A DNA stretch of 64,000 nucleotides, from assembly GCA_964526305.1 (NCBI GenBank), contig CAZGKV010000002.1, forward strand, positions 9,599 through 73,598. Reading direction: 5' to 3'. The first letter of the stretch is position 1. The number at the start of each line of letters is the position of its first letter. Of this stretch, positions 36,587 to 46,657 are shown piece by piece. Below the pieces are notes generated by a model that saw nothing but the letters and a program-made list of their open reading frames with translations, had not been told where the DNA came from and did no database searches. A program made the translations under genes and the position numbers. Source of the stretch: an uncultured Planctomycetales bacterium. Its GTDB lineage: Bacteria > Planctomycetota > MHYJ01 > JACPRB01.

Positions 36587-37090
36587 ATGCGCTGGTTGGC
36601 GATTCTGCTCGTGGTGGCGGTCGGTTGTACCAAGAAGAAACCCAAGACGCCGCCGCCCGAGATCAAGCCCCCTCCGCGCGACGAACAGAAACTGAAGCGG
36701 GCGCCCGGCGAACCGGATCGCGTCGAGATCAGTTTCATTCTCTTGTGTTTCAAGGGGAGCCACCCGGCGACCAAGGCGACTCGGAGTCGGGACGAAGCGC
36801 GCGGGCTTGCGGAGGAATTGCTCGAGTCCGCCCGGAAGCCCGGATCGGATTTCCAGGGACTCGTCGATCAGTATTCGGAGCCTCAGTTCCACAATCCGGG
36901 CGTCCTGGGCATCGTCAATTACGAGGTACAGCGGCAAGGGAACGAACAAGCGCGATTGCAGTTGCGATCCGCCTGGGGGAGTTCCGTGACCGACGCGCTC
37001 TTCCGGATGAAGGAGGGAGAGGTCGTGTTGGTCCCGCACGACGCCCGTACGGCCAAGTTCGGCTTCTGGCTCGTCAAGCGGATGAAGTAG
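36587..37090 (+). CDS. lipoprotein with PpiC/parvulin-like PPIase fold (putative)
   Basis: Lipobox LLVVAVGCT. ISFILLCFKGS and C-terminal GFWLVKRMK resemble parvulin HILV / G-HIIK elements. Weak, inference. Confidence 0.4.
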   Translation: MRWLAILLVVAVGCTKKKPKTPPPEIKPPPRDEQKLKRAPGEPDRVEISFILLCFKGSHPATKATRSRDEARGLAEELLESARKPGSDFQGLVDQYSEPQFHNPGVLGIVNYEVQRQGNEQARLQLRSAWGSSVTDALFRMKEGEVVLVPHDARTAKFGFWLVKRMK

Positions 37091-37261
37091 CGCATTCGGG
37101 ACTCCGTAGATCGGCACCGATGGCGCCTCCGGGGCACGTCGTTCTGCGCAATCTGGGGGCGCGTCCGTGGGCCCATCGCGTCTCACGGGTCGGTCACGAC
37201 GCGCTTCTGCGAAATCGGTGAGGCCGGCGGGCATCCATCCCTCTGAACCGGTACGAAGTCG

Positions 37262-38302
37262 CTACCGGACGATCTCCAACTCCGGCTGCTCCGACGTCAC
37301 CGCTTCGCCGACAATCCGCGCGTCGCTTACCCCGCGCTCCTGGAGTTTCCGGAGGAGCGCGTCGGCATCCTTGGCCCGCATGGCGATGAGCAGTCCGCCC
37401 GAGGTTTGCGGATCCCAGAACACGGCCTTTTCTTCCTCCGACAGTCCGCCGGCGAATCGAATGGAAGGGCTCGCCATCTTGGCGTTCGACCCCGTGACTC
37501 CTGTCCGGACCCCCTGAGCGATGAGATCGAGCGTCAGCGGGAAACGCGGTATCGCTTCCGCGAAGAACCGGAGAGAAACCCGACTGGCGCGGGCCATGCC
37601 GAGCGCGTGGCCGGAGAGTCCGAATCCGGTGATATCGGTCGCCCCCCGACACTCGAACTCCATCATCGTTTCGCAGGCCACCTTGTTCAGCGTCGCCATG
37701 GCGCGGACGATCGGTTCGAACGCCGCGGGTTCGATGGCTCCGCGCTTCGCCGCCGTGATGTGGACGCCGGTGCCGATGGGTTTCGTCAGGAGGAGTTTGT
37801 CGCCGGCCTTCGCTCCGGAATTCGGGGTATAGCGCCGGGGATGGACAAGGCCGTTCACCGAGAGTCCGTACTTGATTTCCTCGTCCTTGACGGTGTGGCC
37901 TCCGACCAGGAGCGCTCCCGCTTCGTGGATCTTGTCCAGACCGCCCTTGAGGATCTTGCCCAGCGTTTCGATTTCGACGCCCTCCGCCGGGAAGTTGCAC
38001 AGATTCAGAGCGGTGATCGGGCGGCCGCCCATGGCGTATACGTCGCTCAGGGAATTCGCCGCCGCCACCGCGCCGTACCAGTAGGGATCGTCCGTAATCG
38101 GCGTGATGTAGTCGGCGGTGATCACCAGCGCGGTCTCGTCCGACAGCCGATAGATGGCGGCGTCGTCCATGGTGTCGATGCCGACGAGGAGGTTCGCGTC
38201 CTTCCGGGGCTCGATCTGCCGGAACAGGCCCTGTAAGTCCAACGGACTCAGTTTGGCCGCTCAACCCCCGCTTCGAGCGAAGTCGCGGATATCGCACGGC
38301 AT
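37262..38302 (-). CDS. selD: selenide, water dikinase (selenophosphate synthetase) containing in-frame UGA selenocysteine
   Basis: The track ORF (37262..38242) starts at an internal Met. Extending upstream on the minus strand gives ATG(38302) MPCDIRDFARSGG-U(TGA, plus 38261-38263)-AAKLSPLDLQGLFRQ..., matching the SelD N-terminal SHGAG[C/U]GCKISP motif. The rest matches SelD (VGIDTMDDAAIYRL, GGHTVKD, TDITGFGLSGH). Confidence 0.85.
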
Positions 38303-38670
38303 GGGAGCTCTCCTGAATTCGTGGCCGTTCATGATAACGCCCGAGTGGGGAGAGTCCACTCCTTTCGCGTCCACATTTTTCTTGGATTCTGCGGCCGAAA
38401 GGATGCTAGAATTTCCACAGGTTCCGGGGAACACGAGATCAGCGCATACGAGAGGTCCGGCGGCAAGGTCCGGCAGACCGGCGGCGACGCCCCGCTTACG
38501 GGAGCCTACGCTCGTTCTACAAATCCGTCACCAATGATCTTCTGTCTCCGGTTTCGTTCTTCTTGGGACCCGGCAGGAAGGGAGGGGGTGAGGATCGCCG
38601 GAACTCGCTCGGAGTTTTTCGCAGGACCGCAGCTGGATACAAAGATTGGCTTAAAGGAAAGGGTCAAGGC

Positions 38671-39048
38671 ATGCCGTTCGCAGACAAGCAATTGACGTGC
38701 GTCGAGTGCGGGGGCGGGTTCACGTACACCGCCTCGGAACAGGAACTCCACTCGTCGCTGGGCTACCAGAACGAACCCAAGCGTTGCCAGCCGTGTCGCG
38801 ACGCCAAGAAAGCCCGCATGGGCACCGGCGGAGGAGGCGGCGGTCGAGGCGGCGGAATGGGAGGCGGAGGTAGGGGAGGCGGAGGAGGACGAGGCGGCTT
38901 CGGCGGTGGGGGCGGCGGAGGCGGCGGAGGAGTCCGCGAGATGCATACCGCCCAGTGCGCCGATTGCGGCAAGGAAGCTCGCGTCCCCTTCAAGCCGCGG
39001 TTCGACCGTCCCATCTACTGCAGCGACTGCTACGAACGACATCGGTAA
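38671..39048 (+). CDS. double zinc-ribbon (zf-trcl-like CxxC..CxxC) protein with central Gly/Arg-rich (RGG-box) low-complexity spacer
   Basis: SD AAGGAAAGGG upstream of ATG 38671. N-terminal ribbon CVECGGGF...CQPCRDAKKA. Spacer GGGGGGRGGGMGGGGRGGGGGRGGFGGGGGGGGGG. C-terminal ribbon CADCGKEARVPFKPRFDRPIYCSDCYERHR. Confidence 0.6.
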   Translation: MPFADKQLTCVECGGGFTYTASEQELHSSLGYQNEPKRCQPCRDAKKARMGTGGGGGGRGGGMGGGGRGGGGGRGGFGGGGGGGGGGVREMHTAQCADCGKEARVPFKPRFDRPIYCSDCYERHR

Positions 39049-39106
39049 CGGTCGGCGATAATCGAGACGGCCTCCGCTCCCCTCGAGCGGGGGCCGTCTA
39101 TTCTCC

Positions 39107-39442
39107 ATGGACGACTTCGGACCGGCCCAGATCCTTCGAATCCTCGCCGTCACCGATTCTCTCGGGATTCATCGCGAGGCCGTACGAATCCCCCTTGCGA
39201 CGGAAGGGGAAGGGATCGTTCGCCTCGTCTCTTCCGGCCGGATCCTGGAGATCGTCGCGCCGGAGACGGCAGCTTTGGAGACTTGGCTTCGCGACTTGCC
39301 GCGCCGGATCCGTCCCCTGGATCTGTCGGCGATCAAACGCTCGCAGCCCATTTGCGTTCTCTGCGGGTCTCCCGCCGAAGAGCGACAATGTAAGCTGGTC
39401 TGCACCACCTGCGGGGCCGTGGTCGATTGTTCGGATCCGTAG
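39107..39442 (+). CDS. hypothetical protein with C-terminal CxxC...CxxC pair
   Basis: 111-aa ORF with coding-like composition. C-terminus ICVLCGSPAEERQCKLVCTTCG. No family recognised. Confidence 0.35.
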   Translation: MDDFGPAQILRILAVTDSLGIHREAVRIPLATEGEGIVRLVSSGRILEIVAPETAALETWLRDLPRRIRPLDLSAIKRSQPICVLCGSPAEERQCKLVCTTCGAVVDCSDP

Positions 39443-39443
39443 C

Positions 39444-41897
39444 CTACCGTCGGACGCGCGCGGAAAACTTTTCGTACAGACGCGTCTGCTTGGTCTCGAG
39501 CGCAACCGGCTTGCCTTCGATCATCAGATAGACCACGGAACTCACGATCTCCAGTGGGTCTCCCGTCGTGATCATGAGATCGGCCGGTCGTCCTTCCTCG
39601 AGCGTCCCGCGCTCCAGTCCCAGGATCTGCGACGGGGAGAGCGTAATCGCCTTAAGAGCCTCGTCGCGGGGAAGGCCGTACGCCGCCGCCATGGCGGCCT
39701 GATAGGGGAGGTTGCGTACGTCTGAGGAGGAAGAGGACCGGATCGCGAAGCGGACACCCGCCCGATGGAGTCGAGCCGCGTTGAAGTACGCGGAGTCGTA
39801 CGGATCGTGCTTCTTCGCGGGCAAATCCAAGACCGAGAGGAGCACGGGAATCTTCTTGGCCGCCAGGACCGACGCCATCTTCCAGGCCTCTTCGCCCCCG
39901 GAAATAATGGCGCGAAGGTTCAGGTCCTCCATGAGCTTGATCGCGGCGCGAATCTGCAGGAGGGAGTCCGCCGAAAAGACCACGGGCCGCTCGCCGCGGA
40001 CGTAGGGAAGGAGCGCCTCCAAGCGCAGGTCGCGGCGGCCCGCAGGATCGTAGCGCCGGGCCGACTGAAGAAGCTCCCGCAGGTCTTTCAGCGGCTTCGG
40101 CTCCTCCTTTTGCTCTTTGTCCTCGGGAAGGGAGGGGATCTCGACGTGAAGGGCGACCGTTTCGCGCACGACAAGCTCGCGGGTCGTCCAGCCGACGAGT
40201 CGGATGTAGGAGCTCTGCCCCGCGACGAGTCCACCGGAAGGAGCGACGATGGCGCTCGTGATCCCGTTGGCCCGCGCGACCGGCAGGTGTTCGCTGTCGG
40301 CCTTCACGGCCGCGATGGCCCGCAGGTCGGGCTGCACCTCTCCGATCTCCGAGTAGTCCTTCGTTCCCGCGATCGATCCGATTTCGCTCAGCCCGAGCGA
40401 GGTTTCGGCATCGATCAAACCGGGATAGACGCGGAGTCCCGTCGCATCCACGATTCTCGCGCCGGGAGGTACGTCGACGTTCGATCCAAGCTTTGCGATC
40501 TTTCCGTCGCGAACGAGAATGACTCCTCGGAACGGCGCGGCCGTCACCGGATAAACGGTCCCGCCGATAATCGCCGTCCACTCGCTCTTGGTCTCTTCGA
40601 TTCTGGGTGCGCGGATCTCGGGGATGCGGAATTCGGGCGCCGGCTCGCGATCCCCGCGCCGCTCGAAGAACACTTCACCATCAACGAGCGTCATCACGCA
40701 GCGGGCGGCGGTGCTCAGGGGATGGCCCCGGAAGATCGCGAGATCCGCGTCCTTTCCGATCTCGATGCTGCCGACGCGGGCGTCGATTCCAAGTTGTTTC
40801 GCGGGATGGAGGGTGACGAGCCGAAGGGCTTCGTCTTCCGACAATCCGCCGTACTTGATCGCCTTGGCGGCCTCGAGATTCAGTCGCCGAATGTGGTTGG
40901 AACTATCCGAGTTGATCGAAGTCAGGACGCCCGACCGGGTCAAGAGCGCGGCGTTGTAGGGGATGGCATCGTACGCCTCGATCTTGAACGCCCACCAGTC
41001 GGCAAAGGTGGAAACGCCCACGCCTGCTTCGGCGATCTCGGGAGCGACCTTGTAGGCCTCCAGCGCGTGCTGAAGAGTGGCGATCCGGAATCCGAATTCC
41101 TTCGCCAGACGCAGGATCATCAGGATTTCATCCGCGCGATAGCAATGGCAATGCACCCGGATCTCTCCGCGAAGAATATCCGCAAGCGCCTCCAGGCGAA
41201 GGTCCTTGCGCGGCGGAGCTCCCTTCTTCGAGCGGTTCCACTCCTCCCACCCCGCGAGGTACTCGCGTGCCTCCGTGAAGGCGCGGCGGAGCGTCGCCTC
41301 GACTCCGAGCCTCGTGTTGGGGAAGCGCTTGCCCCGATTCGAGGGGTGGTTCGCCTGAACGACGTTTTCTCCGAGGGCGAACTTCACTCCTCGAGGCGCG
41401 CCCTCTAAGAGCATCTCTCGTGCGGTCTTGCCCCAGCGCAATTTGACCACCGCATCCTGCCCTCCGATGGTGTTCGCGCTTCCGTGGAGGAGATGGGCCG
41501 TCGTACATCCCCCCGCAAGGGCGCGGTAGATCGCGACATCCTTGGAATCGATCACGTCCGCGACCCGCACTTCGGGGGTGACGGACTGCGTTCCCTCGTT
41601 GATGGAGTCCAAGGCGATGTGCGAATGGCAGTCGATGATGCCCGGCATGACATGGAGATCCGTCCCGTCGATGACGGAGATGCCTTCCGGCGATTTCAGA
41701 TCGGATCCGATCTCGGCGATCTTCCCGCCGCGAACGAGCAGGTCTCCCCGAATCGTGCCTCGCGCGGAGACCGTGTGCAGCGTGGCGTTTCGAATGAGAC
41801 ACTGGCCGCTCGTGCGCGTCTTCGGTACTCGGTCGGCGTCGAGCTCGACATCCGCGTCCTGGAGCAGGAGAACGAGCGCAAGGAGGAGCCTAGTCAT
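39444..41897 (-). CDS. secreted amidohydrolase family protein (two tandem amidohydrolase domains)
   Basis: Signal peptide MTRLLLALVLLL. Two copies of the metal-dependent hydrolase pattern (VMPGIIDCHSHIAL... and VYPGLIDAETSLGL...). 817 aa. Confidence 0.8.
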   Translation of the reverse strand: MTRLLLALVLLLQDADVELDADRVPKTRTSGQCLIRNATLHTVSARGTIRGDLLVRGGKIAEIGSDLKSPEGISVIDGTDLHVMPGIIDCHSHIALDSINEGTQSVTPEVRVADVIDSKDVAIYRALAGGCTTAHLLHGSANTIGGQDAVVKLRWGKTAREMLLEGAPRGVKFALGENVVQANHPSNRGKRFPNTRLGVEATLRRAFTEAREYLAGWEEWNRSKKGAPPRKDLRLEALADILRGEIRVHCHCYRADEILMILRLAKEFGFRIATLQHALEAYKVAPEIAEAGVGVSTFADWWAFKIEAYDAIPYNAALLTRSGVLTSINSDSSNHIRRLNLEAAKAIKYGGLSEDEALRLVTLHPAKQLGIDARVGSIEIGKDADLAIFRGHPLSTAARCVMTLVDGEVFFERRGDREPAPEFRIPEIRAPRIEETKSEWTAIIGGTVYPVTAAPFRGVILVRDGKIAKLGSNVDVPPGARIVDATGLRVYPGLIDAETSLGLSEIGSIAGTKDYSEIGEVQPDLRAIAAVKADSEHLPVARANGITSAIVAPSGGLVAGQSSYIRLVGWTTRELVVRETVALHVEIPSLPEDKEQKEEPKPLKDLRELLQSARRYDPAGRRDLRLEALLPYVRGERPVVFSADSLLQIRAAIKLMEDLNLRAIISGGEEAWKMASVLAAKKIPVLLSVLDLPAKKHDPYDSAYFNAARLHRAGVRFAIRSSSSSDVRNLPYQAAMAAAYGLPRDEALKAITLSPSQILGLERGTLEEGRPADLMITTGDPLEIVSSVVYLMIEGKPVALETKQTRLYEKFSARVRR

Positions 41898-43479
41898 GAT
41901 TTCCCTCCGGCTTCGCGGTGAATTCGCTTTCTCCCATGAAGGTGCTTACCTTCCCCGAGAGCTTGCCCTCTTTCCACTCTCCTTCCACGGTGAACGCGCT
42001 TCCGTGAAATTGACCGGTGAGAGAAAACTTCTTTCCCGAAACGGAACCCGTGAGTTCGGTCTCCCCGTGATCGGTGACGAGTTTTCCCGAGAGTTCGGCG
42101 TCCTTTTGCGACAGCTCCAGTGTCGCCTCGAGTTTCATCGGCGGCTCCACCGTCACGGCCCACTTTCCCGTCAGATCGGCCTCTGCGGGCGCCCCTCCCT
42201 TCCGGACGTCGAATTCGAACATGCGGCCGTCCGCGAAGACGTATCGCACCTTCGCCTTCTTGGCGCCGAGGGGGGCCGTCAAGACCGTCAGATTCGCGAT
42301 CTTCCCCTGTTCGACCGTGCCGATTTCGGACGCCTCCAGAATCTCCGCCGCGGATTGGGTCAGCGCCGCCAACGCCTCGTCGCGGGTCAGCCCTCGAGCC
42401 ATCATCTTGACGAGGTGGTCGAGGAGATCGGACGGGTTCGCGCCGTGGGAGGCGAACGCGAACCGGACCTTGGCCTCCGCGAGTCGGTGGGCGCACGCAA
42501 CCCGTTCCTCCCACAGCCGCTTCTCTTCCTCGAGGAGTCGTTTGGGCCGGTCGTCCTTCTTTCGCGGTTTGGGTTCCCTCGGGAGGTCGAGGTGGAGAAG
42601 CACCGGCACTTCCCGGAGCCGATCCGCCACTTTCCACGATTCGCCGCCTCCCTCGATGACGAGACGGATCTCGAATTCCGACGCGAAGGCGAGGGCGCGA
42701 TGGATTTGGATCTCGGTATCGGCCTCGAAGACGAGAGGCGACTTGCGGTCGAGGACGGGGAGGATGGACTCCAGCGAAGGATCGAACGGAGGTCGGGTCT
42801 TTCCGCGCGGCGCGGCCCGGTAGTCTTTCCAGCGTTCCCGATAGGCTTTCGCGTCGTGGAGGAACTGGCGCACGTGGGCGAGCGCTCCCATCGGAGTCCG
42901 CGGGTATCCCTCTCCGGAAGCGCGGAAGGCGGCGTGCATTCCCCAGCGAGGGGTCAGGATGGATCCGCGCCGGGTTCCCTCGTTCAGGGAGAGCAGCGCG
43001 GAAGTGCCGCTGAGGAATTCCTCGTCTGCCGCGGTGACGACGAACGCGAAACCGGCGGCGTGCCACTTCTTGGTGTCGCTCTCGCTCGGGGCGACGAATT
43101 CGCACGCATTCAGGTCCGGGCGCAATCCACGCCGGTTGGCATCCTGCATTCCGAACAGAGGTCCGCGCGTGAAATCCGGGGGCGCTCCTTCCCGCGACCG
43201 AACCTGATCCGAAGACTGCTTGGTCTCCGGGAGGCCGAATCGTGCGCGAGCGTCGATGAACCCCGCGTAGACATGCAGACCCTTTCCGTCGACGATTCGG
43301 GCGTCCGGGGGAACGGCGATATCGACCCCCACCGCTTCGATGAGGCCGCGTCGAAGAACGACGGTCGCGTTTTCGAGCACGCGTCCGGGCTCGACCGCGA
43401 CGGTCGCGCCTCTCACGGCTACCGGCGGCGGAGGGTCGGACTGCACCCAAAGGGCGATCAAAAGCGATAGCACGGGCAC
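41890..43479 (-). CDS. secreted amidohydrolase family protein
   Basis: 8-nt overlap with the downstream paralog. Signal peptide MPVLSLLIALWV. VYAGFIDARARFGL-type metal-binding start. Paralogous to the previous gene. Confidence 0.8.
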   Translation of the reverse strand: MPVLSLLIALWVQSDPPPPVAVRGATVAVEPGRVLENATVVLRRGLIEAVGVDIAVPPDARIVDGKGLHVYAGFIDARARFGLPETKQSSDQVRSREGAPPDFTRGPLFGMQDANRRGLRPDLNACEFVAPSESDTKKWHAAGFAFVVTAADEEFLSGTSALLSLNEGTRRGSILTPRWGMHAAFRASGEGYPRTPMGALAHVRQFLHDAKAYRERWKDYRAAPRGKTRPPFDPSLESILPVLDRKSPLVFEADTEIQIHRALAFASEFEIRLVIEGGGESWKVADRLREVPVLLHLDLPREPKPRKKDDRPKRLLEEEKRLWEERVACAHRLAEAKVRFAFASHGANPSDLLDHLVKMMARGLTRDEALAALTQSAAEILEASEIGTVEQGKIANLTVLTAPLGAKKAKVRYVFADGRMFEFDVRKGGAPAEADLTGKWAVTVEPPMKLEATLELSQKDAELSGKLVTDHGETELTGSVSGKKFSLTGQFHGSAFTVEGEWKEGKLSGKVSTFMGESEFTAKPEGNHD

Positions 43480-43571
43480 CTCCGATTGGGATGCGGGATT
43501 CTACGGCCCTTCGAGTCGCTTGGCAACGATGCTTGCAAGTCCGGGGTCCGAATGGTAGCACAGGTACGCCC

Positions 43572-44300
43572 ATGTGCATTCTCGCGTTGATCTCCGACCC
43601 GACTCCCGGCGTGGCTCTCGTCGTAGCGGCGAACCGCGACGAGTATTTGCACCGGCTCTCCGTGCCGCCGACGGAGTTGGGCCCCGGCATTTTCGGCGGT
43701 AAGGACCTCGAGGCGGGGGGCACCTGGCTCGGACTCAACAGCTTCGGCCTCTTGGTGGCGGTGACGAATCGGCGGATTCCGCCGAAACTCCGTGCCTGCA
43801 CCTCTCGCGGCCTTCTCTGCCTCGAAGCGCTCAAGATGGAAACGCCGGACCAGGTGGAGCGCTTGGTGCAGGAACGAACGGCCTCGGGACGCTATGCCGG
43901 CTTCAATCTCGTGGCGTTGCACGGCGGAAAGGGGATCTGTCTTCAGTTCGACGGGCGAATCCGACCGGTCCGGATCGAGGGAGGGATCCACATCGTTTCC
44001 TCGCACCGAGACATGGACGACCTCCGGATGCCGGAACGGAAGGTCCTCCTCGGCAGGATCTCCGGTTGGGATCGGCTGGACACCCTGCTCGACCGACTCA
44101 GGGCGTCGCTCGCGGATCACGAAGAGACGGACGGATGGGCCGTGTGCAAGCACGGCAACGGGTACGGGACCGTCTCCTCGACGCTGCTCGTCGTTCCTTC
44201 CGGCGAGCGGTCCAGCCTCAAGTACTGGTATTCCGCGGGCCCCGCATGCCGGAATCCGATCCAGGATATCACGCCGGCCGCGCTTCGAGTCTTGGGGTAG
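43572..44300 (+). CDS. NRDE family protein (DUF833/TANGO2-like)
   Basis: MCILALI...VVAANRDEYLHRLSVPP...GGTWLGLN: NRDE signature and overall pattern. Start at ATG 43572 rather than the track's 43491. Confidence 0.75.
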   Translation: MCILALISDPTPGVALVVAANRDEYLHRLSVPPTELGPGIFGGKDLEAGGTWLGLNSFGLLVAVTNRRIPPKLRACTSRGLLCLEALKMETPDQVERLVQERTASGRYAGFNLVALHGGKGICLQFDGRIRPVRIEGGIHIVSSHRDMDDLRMPERKVLLGRISGWDRLDTLLDRLRASLADHEETDGWAVCKHGNGYGTVSSTLLVVPSGERSSLKYWYSAGPACRNPIQDITPAALRVLG

Positions 44301-44303
44301 TCC

Positions 44304-45086
44304 TTGGCGGACCTCTATTCGCGGCCCGACATCTATCGTCTTCTCTTCGGGGGATGGAGCGCGGACCTTCCGTTTTACCGGGCTCTCGCGGCACGTGTCG
44401 GCGGACCGATCCTCGAGTGCGGCGTCGGTGCCGGTCGAGTGGCGATCGCGCTGGCTCGCGAGGGACACGCGGTGCACGGCGTGGATACCGAAGGCGCGAT
44501 GCTCGACGAGTTGGCCCTCAACGTGAAGTCGGAGGCGGAGGACATCCGCGCGCGGGTTACGATGGAGCGCTCGGATGTGCGCGACTTGGAGTTGGGAAGG
44601 CGGTTTCCCCTCGTCATCGCTCCGTTCAACCTGGTCTCGCGTCTGGTCGAGGATCGGGACGTAGAGTCGTTCCTCGGTCGCGTTCGGAGACACTTGGATG
44701 CCGGAGGAACGTTCGCGTTCGACCGTTGGATTCCGGATGAAGCGCTTCTGGCCGGGTTCGTCGGCGAGTCGCCCCGGTTTCCCCATCCCCGGAACGGCCG
44801 ACCGGTGCGCTGCGAGGAACGATACGCCTTCGATCCCCGGCGACGGGTGTTGACGATGGAGATCACGCTGACGCCGGTGGAGGACTCGGAAGCCTGCGAG
44901 CGCGTCGTGAACCGATACCGCGTGTTCGCTCCGGAAGAGATCGAGCGATTCCTCTCCACGGCAGGCTTGGAGGTCGTGCACCGAACGGATCGCTTCGATC
45001 CTTGGGGCGGCGGAACAGCCACCGAGCCGGGGGATATCGTCGCGTACGTGTGCCGCGCTACCGATTCGGTTGCGCCCCGGGGATGA
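44304..45086 (+). CDS. class I SAM-dependent methyltransferase
   Basis: Motif I ILECGVGAGRVAIALA. Post I D-region. Motif II/III (LVIAPFN, LDAGGTFAFD). Confidence 0.8.
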   Translation: MADLYSRPDIYRLLFGGWSADLPFYRALAARVGGPILECGVGAGRVAIALAREGHAVHGVDTEGAMLDELALNVKSEAEDIRARVTMERSDVRDLELGRRFPLVIAPFNLVSRLVEDRDVESFLGRVRRHLDAGGTFAFDRWIPDEALLAGFVGESPRFPHPRNGRPVRCEERYAFDPRRRVLTMEITLTPVEDSEACERVVNRYRVFAPEEIERFLSTAGLEVVHRTDRFDPWGGGTATEPGDIVAYVCRATDSVAPRG

Positions 45087-45504
45087 TCCCTTCGGAGCGC
45101 TGTCGCTGGTACCTCAGCCGATCGGCCGGCGGGAGGACGGCGGCGATCGCGAGGTCGGTGCGCTCGTCCAGTCGCGCCAACTCCGCCTCCAGGCGCAGTT
45201 GATCGACCTCGCTCAGGCGACCGCCCGAGGCGTCGAGGAATTCATCTTCGATCCGATCCGCTTCCGCGTCGCGATTCGCCAGAAGTCGTTCCAGTTCTCC
45301 CGCCATAGAGAGGGACGGATTGGAGAACCCCCGAGCGGAGGAGGAATCGACTCTCGACTCTCGATGTGCGCCGATCGTTGCCGCCTGAAGGGAGCCGCTT
45401 TTCTCGGCGGACCGCCGCGAGGCGGCCTTCCGTGCGGGGCGGAAGGCCGTCGCGACAGCGACCACGCCGATCACCATGCACAGCGCGATCGAGGACTTGC
45501 TCAT
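45058..45504 (-). CDS. hypothetical membrane-anchored protein
   Basis: Internal ATG 45504 of track ORF 45058..45678: MSKSSIALCMVIGVVAVATAF (TM), then a charged coiled-coil-like region. Convergent overlap with the methyltransferase. Confidence 0.4.
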   Translation of the reverse strand: MSKSSIALCMVIGVVAVATAFRPARKAASRRSAEKSGSLQAATIGAHRESRVDSSSARGFSNPSLSMAGELERLLANRDAEADRIEDEFLDASGGRLSEVDQLRLEAELARLDERTDLAIAAVLPPADRLRYQRQRSEGIIPGAQPNR

Positions 45505-46502
45505 GGAGCTACCAGATTCGGGTCCGCAACGATGTAGTTGGTGCCGAGGAAGCCGAGAGATGCGCCGTTCGGATTCCAGTAGGTGTTGCTGTTCGCGTTT
45601 GCGTTTCCGTATCCGGGCGATACGTAGAAACACCAGGATCCTGGCCCCGCGTGGTTGGAGAACGTGTTGTGCCTCCATCGGGTGCTGCCGGCGGTCCCAT
45701 GACTGGCAAGGATCGGCCAGGCGGAATAACCGGAACCCGCCGCGGGAAGGTAGAGGAAGGTACAGTTATCGACGGTTCCCCCGCCGTTGTTGATGTGGCA
45801 GGCGCGATAGTCCCAGTTGTAGAAGGTGCAGTGATTGATCGTCACGCGCGAGCCGGAGCAATAGAGACCGTCGTCGGCCCCCGGCCCTTGCCCGTAGAAG
45901 AGCGTCGAGAGGAATGTTCCGCTGGAGCCCAAAAAGGCCCCCTTGCATTGACCGGCGGGGTTCTCTGCCGAAACGCGGATCACGCAACCCTGAACCCGAA
46001 GATTGTGGTCGGACCAACTCGTGGTGAGGGCAGCGGTACTGCCCCCGTTCGTCGACGTGAGGGTGAGCCGGCAGTTCAGGATCGAATTGTCCCGCGCGCC
46101 GTTCTTGAATTCGAAGCAGGAGACGTTTTCGCCTTCGATCTTCAGCCCGCTGAAGACGCACCAGTCCGCGCCATCACAGACGACGACGGAACTTAGGGAC
46201 GACCGAAGGATTACCTCCCCGCACATCGCGGGGTTCTTCTCGAAGCGGATTCGTCTGTTGGATCGCCCGGTCGCCCTTCCATACAGCCGGACTTGGCCTT
46301 CGTAGCCGGCGGGATTCGGGGCGATTCGGACGGTGATTCCTCCGGACCCGACCCCCCTCACGCTGATCGCGTTGGCTGCGGCCGCGGGTGTGGGATAGTC
46401 GTCCGATGGGACGTAGATCGTCCCCTGCAGCGGAGCGCTCGATTGGGCGGACGCCGCGGACCCGAGCAGGGCGAAGAACAGGATTGCCGGGAGACCTCTC
46501 AT
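45501..46502 (-). CDS. secreted right-handed parallel beta-helix repeat protein (pectate-lyase-like fold)
   Basis: Signal peptide MRGLPAILFFALLGSAASAQ. Repeated NxxxxNC/N-G beta-helix rungs (ILNCRLTLTSTNGG, VQGCVIRVSAEN, INHCTFYNWDYRACHINNGGGTVDNCTF). Confidence 0.7.
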   Translation of the reverse strand: MRGLPAILFFALLGSAASAQSSAPLQGTIYVPSDDYPTPAAAANAISVRGVGSGGITVRIAPNPAGYEGQVRLYGRATGRSNRRIRFEKNPAMCGEVILRSSLSSVVVCDGADWCVFSGLKIEGENVSCFEFKNGARDNSILNCRLTLTSTNGGSTAALTTSWSDHNLRVQGCVIRVSAENPAGQCKGAFLGSSGTFLSTLFYGQGPGADDGLYCSGSRVTINHCTFYNWDYRACHINNGGGTVDNCTFLYLPAAGSGYSAWPILASHGTAGSTRWRHNTFSNHAGPGSWCFYVSPGYGNANANSNTYWNPNGASLGFLGTNYIVADPNLVAP

Positions 46503-46657
46503 GCCAAGTTTCCTTTCCTGAATGGGTAACGATCCGGGAGGACTCTCCCGGATCCGGTCGCATCAAAATGCAGTACCGTACATGCACGAGAACCCGCCCA
46601 CCGTCTGGGAAAAAAAGAGCGGGGAATGCGGAAGGGGAGACTGGCGCGGCGGGAGAT

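Noticed and set aside
38303-38670. Looked for tRNA-Sec (selC) or another tRNA next to selD
   Set aside because: No T-loop (GGTTCGAATCC-like) or acceptor/anticodon-loop (TTCAA) arrangement found. No tRNA-like sequence anywhere in the window by eye.
41894-43834. 646-aa minus ORF, and also 41542-43470 plus (642 aa)
   Set aside because: Both frame-shifted or antisense relative to the amidohydrolase gene, which has clear signal peptide and metal-binding motifs. Extreme Arg/Gly content.
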